From: an uncultured Verrucomicrobia subdivision 3 bacterium
Lineage (GTDB): Bacteria > Verrucomicrobiota > Verrucomicrobiia > Limisphaerales > UBA11358
DNA: 64,000 nucleotides
Direction: 5' to 3'
Assembly: GCA_903922735.1 (NCBI GenBank)
Contig: CAIXUZ010000049.1
Location: forward strand, 16,636 to 80,635
Part shown: piece after piece, positions 11,071 to 20,552 of the stretch
How the letters are laid out: every line of letters starts with the position of its first letter
Position numbering within the stretch: the first letter of the stretch is position 1
The notes under the pieces: model-generated
Database searches by the model: none
What the model was told of the DNA's origin: nothing
Seen by the model: only the letters and a program-made list of their open reading frames with translations
Position numbers and translations under genes: made by a program

Positions 11071-12444
11071 ATGGCGCGCAACGACCTTTTTACCAACCCG
11101 GGAGAAAACATGCCGGAAGTAAATTCTACGCCCTCGGATGACAGTTTTCGCAGTCAACCGCTGGCCGCCCGGATGCGCCCGCGCAACCTCGATGAATACG
11201 CAGGCCAAACCCACATCCTGGCACCCGGGCAGCTGCTTCGGCGGGCAATTGAGGCAGACCGCATCCAGTCGCTGCTGTTTTATGGCCCGCCAGGCACTGG
11301 CAAAACCTCGCTCGCTCAAATTATCGCCCGCCAGACGAAAAGTAAATTTGAGCGCCTCAGCGGTGTGGAATCGAACGTCGCCGATATGCGCCGGGTCCTG
11401 TCCGCCGCCGCCAACCGACTGGAAAACACCGGTGCCTCCACGATTCTCTTTATTGACGAAATCCATCGGTTCAACAAAGCGCAACAAGACGTTTTGTTGC
11501 CCGACGTGGAAAGCGGTGTCATCAGACTCATCGGCGCAACCACTCACAACCCGTTTTTCTTCGTCAATTCACCGCTCGTCTCACGCTCGCAGATTTTCGA
11601 ACTGCGCCCGCTGACCGAGGAGGAATTGTTCACCCTGCTCCAGCGGGCGGTGCAAGATGAAGCGAGAGGACTCGGCTACCTGAAAATTTCTGCAGATGAA
11701 ATCGCCCTACGCCACCTTGCGAAAATCGCCGATGGCGACGCCCGCAAGGTCTTGAACTCGATTGAAATAGCCGCCCTCACGACCGCACCGGATATACATG
11801 GCGTGGTCCGCATCACGCTGGCAGTCGCCGAGCAAAGCATCCAGAAGAAAGCCGTGGTCTATGACGGCGAAGGTGATGCGCACCACGACACGATTTCCGC
11901 CTTCATCAAATCCATGCGCGGCAGCGATCCCGACGCAGCGCTATACTGGCTCGCAAAAATGATCCACGCCGGAGAAGACCCGCGTTTCATCGCGCGGCGC
12001 ATCGTGATTTGCGCGGCGGAAGATGTGGGCCTCGCCGATCCGATGGCTTTGGTTTTGGCAAATGCCTGTTTGTCTGCCTCGGAATTTGTCGGCTGGCCCG
12101 AAGCGCGGATTCCGCTGGCCGAGGCGACGATTTACATCGCGACCGCCAACAAGAGCAATTCCGCTTACAAGGCCATTGATGCCGCACTGGAAGACGTGCG
12201 TTCCGGCCGCACCATTCCCGTGCCGGAGCACTTGCGCAGCGCGGCTTACCCAGGCGCGGAGCGGCTCGACCACGGCCAGGGCTACCAATATGCCCACGAT
12301 GGCAAGAATCATTTTGTGATCCAGGAATATCTGGGTGTGGATAAAACATTTTATGAACCGACGGAACAGGGCGTGGAAAAGAAAATCAAGGAGCGGTTGG
12401 AAAACTGGCGGAGGCAATCTACGGAGAAAAAGAAAAGTCGATGA
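11071..12444 (+). CDS. rarA: Replication-associated recombination protein A (RarA/MgsA AAA+ ATPase)
   Basis: PLAARMRP, Walker A YGPPGTGKT, FIDEIHRFNKAQQD, ISAFIKSMRGSDPDAALYWL, EDVGLADP. Confidence 0.96.
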   Translation: MARNDLFTNPGENMPEVNSTPSDDSFRSQPLAARMRPRNLDEYAGQTHILAPGQLLRRAIEADRIQSLLFYGPPGTGKTSLAQIIARQTKSKFERLSGVESNVADMRRVLSAAANRLENTGASTILFIDEIHRFNKAQQDVLLPDVESGVIRLIGATTHNPFFFVNSPLVSRSQIFELRPLTEEELFTLLQRAVQDEARGLGYLKISADEIALRHLAKIADGDARKVLNSIEIAALTTAPDIHGVVRITLAVAEQSIQKKAVVYDGEGDAHHDTISAFIKSMRGSDPDAALYWLAKMIHAGEDPRFIARRIVICAAEDVGLADPMALVLANACLSASEFVGWPEARIPLAEATIYIATANKSNSAYKAIDAALEDVRSGRTIPVPEHLRSAAYPGAERLDHGQGYQYAHDGKNHFVIQEYLGVDKTFYEPTEQGVEKKIKERLENWRRQSTEKKKSR

Positions 12445-13019
12445 GCACGGATAAACAAAGATTTAAATCCGAACTGCGCCAGCATATCCGCGCTCGACTG
12501 GAAAAGATTTCCCCCGCGGTGAGGGCAGTGGAATCCATTGATTTGAACGATCGGCTGAAACCTCAGATAGCAAGCGCCCGCACGATCTTATTTTTCGCGC
12601 CGATGCCGGATGAATTGGACATCTGGCCACTGCTGGAACTTTCGCTGGCGCTGGGTACCAATTGCGCCCTGCCCTTTTTTGACGCGGGGGAAAAAAACTA
12701 CGGTGCGCGGCTCCTCAAATCGCTGGACAACGACATCGTCACCGGAAAGTTCGAGGTACGCGAACCGGCGGCAACTTGTGAGCAGATTGCACTAAATCAA
12801 TTCGATCTGGTACTGGTGCCGGGCATGGCGTTTGACTTGAATGGAAACCGGCTTGGTCGAGGCCAAGGCTTCTATGACCGGATTCTGTCGGCAGCGAGCG
12901 GAATTAAATGTGGCGTAACCTACGATTTTCAACTGCTGGAAACCATCCCGGCGGAACCTCACGATGCGAAGGTAAACTTTATTTTCACGCCATCACGCTG
13001 CGTGCGACGAAAAACTTAA
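12441..13019 (+). CDS. ygfA: 5-formyltetrahydrofolate cyclo-ligase
   Basis: DLVLVPGMAFD..GNRLGRGQGFYDR and EPHD motifs; ATGA overlap with the rarA stop. Confidence 0.93.
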   Translation: MSTDKQRFKSELRQHIRARLEKISPAVRAVESIDLNDRLKPQIASARTILFFAPMPDELDIWPLLELSLALGTNCALPFFDAGEKNYGARLLKSLDNDIVTGKFEVREPAATCEQIALNQFDLVLVPGMAFDLNGNRLGRGQGFYDRILSAASGIKCGVTYDFQLLETIPAEPHDAKVNFIFTPSRCVRRKT

Positions 13020-13186
13020 CGGTGCTGATAATTCATTCCACCAAGAACACCGCCCTGCCACCCTTCGGGAGAGTTCCAAGGACGGACAGAAGCATTATCC
13101 GGATCGGTCGAGGCGCACCCGACCGATAGTACCACCAAGGCTGTAATAACAGCAAACAGAACCACGTGGGTGGCGCAAACCTTCAT
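13016..13186 (-). CDS. Small putative lipoprotein (56 aa, below the ORF-track cut-off)
   Basis: Own translation: MKVCATHVVLFAVITALVVLSVG-CASTDPDNASVRPWNSPEGWQGGVLGGMNYQHR*. Hydrophobic core, lipobox-like SVGC, ATG 1 nt after the upstream stop. Confidence 0.7.
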   Translation of the reverse strand: MKVCATHVVLFAVITALVVLSVGCASTDPDNASVRPWNSPEGWQGGVLGGMNYQHR

Positions 13187-13187
13187 T

Positions 13188-13955
13188 TTATGTGGCCGGA
13201 TGAGCCGGAGTGACTTCGTCGCCTTCGATCATCTCACCCAATTTCCAACCCGGGATGATATTGGCAATGCTGCGATCTTTTTGGACGTTGCGGATAATAA
13301 TTTTGGCAACCAGCTTGCCTTCACGGCTGACCAGCAATTCGCCGTCCTGAATCGCACCCTGATTTTCGCCGATGTCAAGAACCACAAATTCCCATTTAGG
13401 ATCCACCACAATAACTTTACCCTTCAAATCGGCGCGCAATTTAATATCGGTATCCGGGCCAATAAATTTTGCCAACTGAGCTTTGGTGCTGATAAACTGG
13501 CGAGTTAATATCGCTTTTTCCTCGATAATGGCGGCAATCTGAACTTCCGTGTCCTTAAGTTTTTTGGCAATATTCAAAACTTGTTCGGGCGTCAGGTTTG
13601 AGGTTTTGTAGCTTGCCAGCTGGGATTGAACATCATCACGTTCCTGGGTGATTTTGGCAAGTTTGTCGGACAGCTCATCCGCACGCTTCGACTGAGCCAC
13701 GGCCCGGGCATTGGCCTGATCAAGCTCAGACTTGGTAGTGGCCAATTCCGTCCGAACCTTGGCCAGATCGCCTTTGGTCTTGGTCAGTTCCGTCTTGGTC
13801 TTTTTATGAGCATCCTGCTCAGTGACCTTGGCGGATTTCTCGTCATCGCGTTGTTTTGTCAACGCGGGAATTTTGTCGGTTACGGCAAAATAACTTACGG
13901 TGCCGGCAGCCAGCGCGGCGACAATGGCCAGAATTAAACTGATGCGAAGTAACAT
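13188..13955 (-). CDS. Membrane-anchored coiled-coil protein with C-terminal beta domain
   Basis: N-terminal TM (MLLRISLILAIVAALAAG), long heptad-rich region, C-terminal GKVIVVDPKWEFVVLDIG...LLVSREGKLVA. Confidence 0.75.
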   Translation of the reverse strand: MLLRISLILAIVAALAAGTVSYFAVTDKIPALTKQRDDEKSAKVTEQDAHKKTKTELTKTKGDLAKVRTELATTKSELDQANARAVAQSKRADELSDKLAKITQERDDVQSQLASYKTSNLTPEQVLNIAKKLKDTEVQIAAIIEEKAILTRQFISTKAQLAKFIGPDTDIKLRADLKGKVIVVDPKWEFVVLDIGENQGAIQDGELLVSREGKLVAKIIIRNVQKDRSIANIIPGWKLGEMIEGDEVTPAHPAT

Positions 13956-14215
13956 GATTGGTAGCAATTTTTTTGAGACTAAACCGCTTCACTCTAAGTG
14001 TCAATGCCGTTTCTATTTTCTTAAAAACCGGCCGACCATGAAATTTTCAACGCGATCAGATAGCACAACCATTAGGAGTACTCCAACACAAATTGCCTGC
14101 TTTCACACCATTTTCCGCCACCCGCGCCGGCCAATGCCGAATAGCGCTTTAAAAATCATCAATTCTTCTTTCCCCCGATTTTTATTTTTCCATATCATTG
14201 CTTTCTCGATTAACA

Positions 14216-15082
14216 ATGCATTTCACCCCGCAACTGCGCACGCTCCTCGTCCTTGGCCGCGTGGCAAATTTGCCGACGGCATGGTCAAACTGCCTGGCCG
14301 GCTGGTGGCTCGGCGGAGGGGGGAATTATTGGAAACTACCATTTTTACTTCTGGGCGTCAGTCTGCTGCACACCGGCGGAATGTTTTTAAATGATGCTTT
14401 TGATGCCGACTCGGACCACCAGCGGCGTCCGGAACGGCCAATTCCATCAGGAAAAATTTCGATCCACCTCGCCTGGCGTCTTGGCTTCAGCCTTCTGGTC
14501 GCGGGCATATTCCTGTTGCTATTCTGTAGTCAGCTCTCGGCCGGTGCGGCAATTGTCCTCGCGCTGTGCATCCTGCTTTACAACTTCTCTCACAAATTTT
14601 TCACTGCGGCGCCATGGTTGCTCGGCACCTGCCGCTTTTGGATTTACATCATCGCCGGAGCATCGGGTGCAACGGGCTTGAATGGTTGGCCAATCCTGTG
14701 CGGCCTGGCCATGGCACTCTATGTCGTAGGCTCAAACTTCGTTGTGCGACGCGAAAGCCATCGGGGTGCCATCCCCTTCTGGCCGCTGCTCCCGCTCGCG
14801 GTGCCAATCCTGCTGGCGGTCGCGATGAACACCGGCGGTTTCCGGCTCCGTGCCCTCGGGCTTGCCGCCGGTTTAATCGGGTGGACCGGCTGGTGCGTGC
14901 GGAAGCTTTTCACCGGTGGTGCGGGCAGCGTTGCCATCATCGCCGCAAACCTCATGGCCGGTATTGTCTTCGTAGATTGGCTCGCCGTTGCGCCGCAATT
15001 ATCATTCTGGCCGGGCGCTGCCGTCTTCCTTTCGCTCTTCGGCTTGACGAAATGGCTGCAAAAAATCGCACCGGTAAGCTGA
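14216..15082 (+). CDS. UbiA-family prenyltransferase (EboC-like)
   Basis: LGRVANLPTAWSNCLAG and GMFLNDAFDADSD...RPERPIPSG Asp-rich motif; multiple TM segments. Confidence 0.85.
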   Translation: MHFTPQLRTLLVLGRVANLPTAWSNCLAGWWLGGGGNYWKLPFLLLGVSLLHTGGMFLNDAFDADSDHQRRPERPIPSGKISIHLAWRLGFSLLVAGIFLLLFCSQLSAGAAIVLALCILLYNFSHKFFTAAPWLLGTCRFWIYIIAGASGATGLNGWPILCGLAMALYVVGSNFVVRRESHRGAIPFWPLLPLAVPILLAVAMNTGGFRLRALGLAAGLIGWTGWCVRKLFTGGAGSVAIIAANLMAGIVFVDWLAVAPQLSFWPGAAVFLSLFGLTKWLQKIAPVS

Positions 15083-15220
15083 TTCCACGGAAACAAAGCG
15101 TCGGGCCGATATATTTGACGAACCGGAGGAAATTTGTTCCCCGCCCTTGCCTCCGGCGCGCGACTCCAGCAAACCACGCTTGAACAGTAGGCTACATCAA
15201 GCTATGCTTGTCGTTCGCTT

Positions 15221-16891
15221 ATGAGCGCTGAAGGAACTGTCAAATTGACCCACAACGAGGAAATCAAGGCCGCCATTCCAACCTTGGCCGGCACCATTGC
15301 CGCGACCATTGCTGATCCGTCGACCGACCATTTCTCCGAGGACGACAACCAATTCCTGAAATTCCACGGCAGCTATCAACAGGACGACCGCGACCTGCGC
15401 AAGACGGGCAAGAAATACATCATGATGATCCGCGGCCGCATCCCCGGCGGTGTCATGACCACCAGGCAATACGCTGTCTTCGACCAGCTCGCTTCGGATT
15501 ACGGCAATACCACGCTGCGCATCACCACCCGCCAGAGCATCCAGTTCCACGGCGTGGTCAAAAATAATTTCCGGCCGGTGGTCAAGGCCATCAACGAATG
15601 CCTGCTCTCCACGCTCGCCGCCTGCGGCGATGTGAACCGCAACGTGCTCGCGCCGCCCACGCCCGCCTACACCAAGGCACGGGAACAGGTTGTTGCCGAC
15701 GCACACAAGGTCGCGCTGGCGCTCGCGCCAAAGACGCCGGCGTATCACGCCATCTGGATTGACGGCGTGCAGCTCGACAATGACGCGCCGGAGAATAAAA
15801 ACTTCGTGGATCCGCTTTATGGCAAGACCTATTTGCCACGCAAGTTTAAGATCGCCTTTGTCATCCCGCCGGTGAATGACCTGGACGTTTACACGAACTG
15901 CCTCGGCCTCATCGCCATCGTCGAGAACGACCAACTCATTGGATATAACCTCTGCGTTGGCGGCGGCATGGGCCGCAGCCATGGCAACGAGGCGACCTAT
16001 CCGCGCCTGGCGGATGTCATCGGCTTTTTCACACCGGACAAGATTGTGGACGTGACGAAAGCCGTACTGACCATCCATCGCGATTTCGGCGACCGCACCG
16101 ACCGCAAGCATGCGCGCTTAAAATACGTCGTCGCCGAACGCGGCGTGAAGTTCATGCAGGACGAGGTGAACCAGCGCGCCGGCATCACGCTCGCCCCGGC
16201 GAAGCATTATCAATTCACCACGACGAGCGATCTGCTCGGCTGGCGCAAGGCAGTGGATGGAAGCTGGTTTCTCGGCGTGTTTGTCGAATCCGGCCGCGTG
16301 AAAGGCGCGCAGAAAAAAGCGTTGCGCGACGTCGCGGACAAATTTCCGAAGATCGAATTCCGGCTGACGGCGAATCAAAATGTTATTCTGGCCAACGTCA
16401 GTGATGCCGACAAAGCAGGCATCAACGCGGCCTTCAGCGCCCATGGCTTGAAAACGGAAAATCAGACGACCCTTTTGCATGCCGCAGCCATGGCCTGTCC
16501 ATCGTTGCCGACCTGCGGCCTCGGCCTGGCGGAATCCGAACGCATGCTGCCGGGCTTCATTGACCGCATCGAAAAACTTTTGACCGAAGTTGGTTTGGAT
16601 GGCGAAGAAATCATCATCCGCTCGACCGGCTGCCCGAACGGCTGTGCGCGCCCCTACATGGCGGAGATTGCGTTCGTCGGCAAGGCGCCCGGACGTTATC
16701 AAGTCTGGCTTGGCGGCGACGTCGCGGGCACGCGGCTCAACCAAATCTGGAAAGACGTCATCAAGGAATCCGATTTGGAAACGGAGTTCCGCCCCGTATT
16801 CACGCGCTTCGCGAAAGAACGCACCGCCGGCGAACGCTTCGGCGACTGGTGCGCGCGCGTTTTGCTGAAAGAACAACCGACCACCAATTGA
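15221..16891 (+). CDS. cysI: Assimilatory sulfite reductase hemoprotein
   Basis: LKFHGSYQQDDRD, RITTRQSIQFHG, ACGDVNRNV, YLPRKFK, siroheme/4Fe-4S ligands CPSLPTC and GCPNGC. Confidence 0.93.
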   Translation: MSAEGTVKLTHNEEIKAAIPTLAGTIAATIADPSTDHFSEDDNQFLKFHGSYQQDDRDLRKTGKKYIMMIRGRIPGGVMTTRQYAVFDQLASDYGNTTLRITTRQSIQFHGVVKNNFRPVVKAINECLLSTLAACGDVNRNVLAPPTPAYTKAREQVVADAHKVALALAPKTPAYHAIWIDGVQLDNDAPENKNFVDPLYGKTYLPRKFKIAFVIPPVNDLDVYTNCLGLIAIVENDQLIGYNLCVGGGMGRSHGNEATYPRLADVIGFFTPDKIVDVTKAVLTIHRDFGDRTDRKHARLKYVVAERGVKFMQDEVNQRAGITLAPAKHYQFTTTSDLLGWRKAVDGSWFLGVFVESGRVKGAQKKALRDVADKFPKIEFRLTANQNVILANVSDADKAGINAAFSAHGLKTENQTTLLHAAAMACPSLPTCGLGLAESERMLPGFIDRIEKLLTEVGLDGEEIIIRSTGCPNGCARPYMAEIAFVGKAPGRYQVWLGGDVAGTRLNQIWKDVIKESDLETEFRPVFTRFAKERTAGERFGDWCARVLLKEQPTTN

Positions 16892-16899
16892 TCTGACCC

Positions 16900-17565
16900 A
16901 TGACCCCTGAAAAAATTTCCCGGGCCAACATCGAACTGCGTCACCATACGCCGCTGGAAATCATCCGTTGGGCCATCGCGCAGTCGAATGGTCACGCGAT
17001 CGTCTCGACCAATTTTCGCCCCTACGAAGCGGTGATCCTCCATCTTGTCACGCAAGTGCAGCCGGACATTCCAGTGCTCTGGGTGGACCACGGCTACAAT
17101 CGCCCGGCGACTTATGTCCACGCCGAGCAGGTGACGAAATTACTCAAGCTAAACCTCAAGGCCTACCTTCCCAAGGTGACCGCCGCGCATTACGACGCCG
17201 CGTTCGGCGGCATGCCGGAACCGACACCGGAAAACGAGGAGCGCATCAAGGCGTTCAGCACCGCGATGAAACTGGAGCCATTCCAGCGCGGCATGAAAGA
17301 GCTAGCGCCAACCGTCTGGCTCACGGCGCTGCGCCAGGTGCAGAACCCGAACCGCGCCGGCCTCGACATCGTGACTGAGGACAAGAATTTTAATTCGCTG
17401 AAAGTCAGCCCGCTCTTTTACTGGAGCGACGCCGACCTGGAAAATTATCTGCGGCAGCACCACCTTCCGAACGAGTGGGATTATTTCGATCCCGCCAAAG
17501 CCGACGACAAGCGCGAGTGCGGCTTGCACGCAAGCTGGGGCGGCAAAGCCATGGAAAAAACCTAA
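16900..17565 (+). CDS. cysH: PAPS/APS reductase family protein (short, no Fe-S motif)
   Basis: C-terminal RECGLH, KLEP, KVSPL..W; between cysI and cysD; a single Cys in the protein. Confidence 0.88.
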   Translation: MTPEKISRANIELRHHTPLEIIRWAIAQSNGHAIVSTNFRPYEAVILHLVTQVQPDIPVLWVDHGYNRPATYVHAEQVTKLLKLNLKAYLPKVTAAHYDAAFGGMPEPTPENEERIKAFSTAMKLEPFQRGMKELAPTVWLTALRQVQNPNRAGLDIVTEDKNFNSLKVSPLFYWSDADLENYLRQHHLPNEWDYFDPAKADDKRECGLHASWGGKAMEKT

Positions 17566-17569
17566 ACTT

Positions 17570-17640
17570 CCCGCAGAGGCGGCCGATTTCCGCAGATTGG
17601 TTTTTTATTTTATCTGCGTCCATCTGCGTTAATCTGCGGG
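17570..17640. repeat. Short inverted repeat built from ATCTGCG units
   Basis: CCCGCAGA...CCGCAGATT facing ATCTGCGTCC-ATCTGCGTTA-ATCTGCGGG between cysH and cysD. Confidence 0.6.
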
Positions 17641-17647
17641 CGACAAA

Positions 17648-18586
17648 ATGAGCTCATACCATCTTGACCATTTGCAGTATCTGGAAACGGAAGCGATCCA
17701 CATCATGCGTGAAGTCGCCGCCGAATTTGAACGCCCCGCCCTGCTCTTCTCCGGCGGCAAAGATTCCATCTGTCTGCTGCGCCTCGCGGAAAAAGCCTTC
17801 CGCCCTTCCGACATCCCGATGCCGTTCCTGAATGTCGAGACCGGTCACGAGTTTCCCGAGCTCCTCGAGTTCCGCGACCGCCGCGCCAAGGAACTTGGCG
17901 CCAAGCTCATCGTTCGCACCGTGGATGAAGCCATCGCCAAGGGGCTCGCCCATCCCGCGCCCGGCGAGATCAGCCGCAATAAGCTCCAGATTCCCGTGCT
18001 GCTCGGCGCAATCGAGGAATTTCAATTTGACTGCGCCATCGGCGGCGCGCGACGCGACGAGGAAAAAGCCCGCGCCAAGGAACGCTTCTTCAGCTTCCGG
18101 GATTCCTTCGGCCAGTGGGATCCGAAAAATCAGCGGCCCGAGATCTGGAACCTTTATAATGCCAAGTTGAATCCGGGCGAGAATATGCGCGTCTTTCCGC
18201 TTTCCAACTGGACGGAGATGGATGTCTGGGAATACATCAAAACAGAGAAGCTCGAGGTGCCGAACATCTATTTCAGTCACGAGCGCGAATGTTATCGCAA
18301 GGGCGGCCAATGGCTGCCAGTCCCGCCGCCGCACACCGATGCGAGCAAGCCCGATCCTTATGCCGGTGCGCGTCCGAAACCGAATGAGCCGATCAAGAAA
18401 ATGATCTGCCGCGTCCGCACGATTGCCGACATGATCAGCACCGGCATGATCGAATCAAAAACGGAAACGATTGACGACATCATCGGCGAAGTTTCCGCCG
18501 CGCGCGTGACCGAACGCGGCACCCGCGCTGACGACAAGGCCAGTGAAGCCGCCATGGAAGATCGTAAAAAAGCCGGTTACTTTTGA
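17648..18586 (+). CDS. cysD: Sulfate adenylyltransferase subunit 2
   Basis: LFSGGKDS, GGARRDEEKARAKER, WDPKNQRPE, RVFPLSNWTE, MEDRKKAGYF. Confidence 0.97.
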   Translation: MSSYHLDHLQYLETEAIHIMREVAAEFERPALLFSGGKDSICLLRLAEKAFRPSDIPMPFLNVETGHEFPELLEFRDRRAKELGAKLIVRTVDEAIAKGLAHPAPGEISRNKLQIPVLLGAIEEFQFDCAIGGARRDEEKARAKERFFSFRDSFGQWDPKNQRPEIWNLYNAKLNPGENMRVFPLSNWTEMDVWEYIKTEKLEVPNIYFSHERECYRKGGQWLPVPPPHTDASKPDPYAGARPKPNEPIKKMICRVRTIADMISTGMIESKTETIDDIIGEVSAARVTERGTRADDKASEAAMEDRKKAGYF

Positions 18587-18591
18587 TTGAT

Positions 18592-19908
18592 ATGCCCCAC
18601 TCGCATCCCATCGAACTTTTGCGCTTCAACACCTGCGGGTCCGTTGACGACGGCAAATCCACGCTTATCGGCCGGCTGCTTTACGATTCCAAGTCGCTGA
18701 TGGAAGACCAGGTCGAGGCGCTCGAGCGCAGCGCCGACATCACCGGCGGCGGCCAGATCAATCTCGCCAATCTCACCGACGGTCTCCGCGCCGAACGCGA
18801 ACAGGGGATCACGATTGATGTGGCCTATCGCTATTTCGCCACGCCCAAGCGCAAGTTCATCGTCGCCGACACGCCGGGCCATGTGCAATACACCCGCAAC
18901 ATGGTCACGGGCGCGAGCACGGCGAATCTTTCCATCGTCCTCGTGGATGCGCGGCAGGGCGTGATCGAGCAGACGCGCCGGCACACTTACATCGCGGCGC
19001 TGCTGGGCATTCCGCACCTGGTCATCGCGGTGAACAAGATGGACCTGGTGGATTGGAGCGAGGCGCGCTTCACGGAAATCCGCGACGAGATTGAAGGGTT
19101 TCTGCCGAAGTTCGGCTCCTTCCGCGACGTGAAATTCATTCCCATGAGCGCCTTGTCCGGCGACAACGTGGTGGATGCCTCCGCGAAAACGCCGTGGTAT
19201 GAAGGCCCGGCGCTGCTGCATCATCTCGAAACCGTTTACATCGCGAGCGACCGCAATTTCAGCACGTTCCGCTTCCCCGTGCAATGGGTCAACCGCCCGA
19301 ATAACCCGACGAACAAGGAACTGCACGACTTCCGCGGCTTGAGCGGACAGATCGCCAGCGGCATTGTTGCCCAAGGGCAGGAAGTGGTCATCTTCCCCGC
19401 CGGCATCAAGACCAAGGTGAAGGAGATCTGGAGCTATGACGGTTCGCTCGCCGAGGCGTTTTGCCCGCAATCCGTGACCATTTGTTTGCAGGACGACATC
19501 GACGTGAGCCGGGGCGACATGATTGTGGGCCTGCAAAACCTGCCCGGGCGCAGCACCGAGCTGCAGGCGCGCGTCTGCTGGATGAGCCAGCGGCCGCTGG
19601 CGGCGGGCAAAAAGTTTTATCTCAAGCACACCACGCAAATCGTGCAGGCGGCCGTCACGCAGATAGAAAACCGCATCAACTTCACCACCTTCGAGCCGGA
19701 GCCCCAGCCGGCCGGACTCGGCCTGAACGACATCGGCACCATCCGCCTCCGCACGGCCAAGCCGCTGCTGTTCGACGGCTATGAAACCAACCGGCTCACC
19801 GGCTCATTCATCCTCGTCGAACAAGGCTCGAACGCCACCGTTGCCGCCGGCATGCTGTTTCCGCCCCTGGAAGCCGCCAGGCCGGAATACGACGACTTCG
19901 CGATTTGA
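18592..19908 (+). CDS. cysN: Sulfate adenylyltransferase subunit 1 (GTPase; no fused APS kinase)
   Basis: CGSVDDGKSTLIGRLL, EREQGITIDVAYRYF, DTPGH, NKMD; ends shortly after TVAAGM with no CysC domain. Confidence 0.96.
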   Translation: MPHSHPIELLRFNTCGSVDDGKSTLIGRLLYDSKSLMEDQVEALERSADITGGGQINLANLTDGLRAEREQGITIDVAYRYFATPKRKFIVADTPGHVQYTRNMVTGASTANLSIVLVDARQGVIEQTRRHTYIAALLGIPHLVIAVNKMDLVDWSEARFTEIRDEIEGFLPKFGSFRDVKFIPMSALSGDNVVDASAKTPWYEGPALLHHLETVYIASDRNFSTFRFPVQWVNRPNNPTNKELHDFRGLSGQIASGIVAQGQEVVIFPAGIKTKVKEIWSYDGSLAEAFCPQSVTICLQDDIDVSRGDMIVGLQNLPGRSTELQARVCWMSQRPLAAGKKFYLKHTTQIVQAAVTQIENRINFTTFEPEPQPAGLGLNDIGTIRLRTAKPLLFDGYETNRLTGSFILVEQGSNATVAAGMLFPPLEAARPEYDDFAI

Positions 19909-19971
19909 AGAAAACTCAACTTGTCGCAGTCGCGCGGAAGATGGGTTCGTTGCTTGGAAAGAATCGCCCGG

Positions 19972-20103
19972 TCAATGCAATAAATCCGTAAATTGCTACT
20001 TGGTCAGCCCGGTTTCGCGAATCAAGGCGTGCAACGTGCCTTTGGCCAGTTCGCGGTGATTCGGTACGGTCAGATACCGATGGGAAGAATGGCGTAAAAT
20101 GAA
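19972..20103 (-). pseudogene. 3' remnant of a HicA-type toxin gene with a premature stop
   Basis: Own translation: FILRHSSHRYLTVPNHRELAKGTLHALIRETGLTK*QFTDLLH*. Matches the HicA C-terminal half (TVP.H.EL..GTL..I); no N-terminal half or start. Confidence 0.7.
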
Positions 20104-20552
20104 CCTATTGTCCGCAATTGAAGTGGTGTTCAAAGGGTGAATGAGTGAATAAAATTGGGGGCAATGAGCATCTATCCATCACTGGTTTCGATTCACCTGG
20201 CGGGTGAAGGGAAGGATGAGATATCCTTGGACACGCTGCAACTTAACCCACCGCCCGCGGCCACCCACCGTCACCGGCGTCCACTTCCGGCCACCAGAAT
20301 TTGAAATTTCACGTTTAATGGTACACGGCGAAACCGGAAACCGGATTTAATCCGCCAAAGACAACAAAGCCAGGGGCAGAAATTTGAAACTGACGACCGG
20401 AACCCGAGGCGTGGATTTTAATTCAATATTCACCGAAAAATGGAAGACGGACTTAAGTAGGTGTTTTCCCTATACATGTAGTCTATTTTGAGTATATACG
20501 ACTAGTGTTTAGTCTAATTGTGAGCAACTCGCTGTTAGCTTAATTTGTCAAC

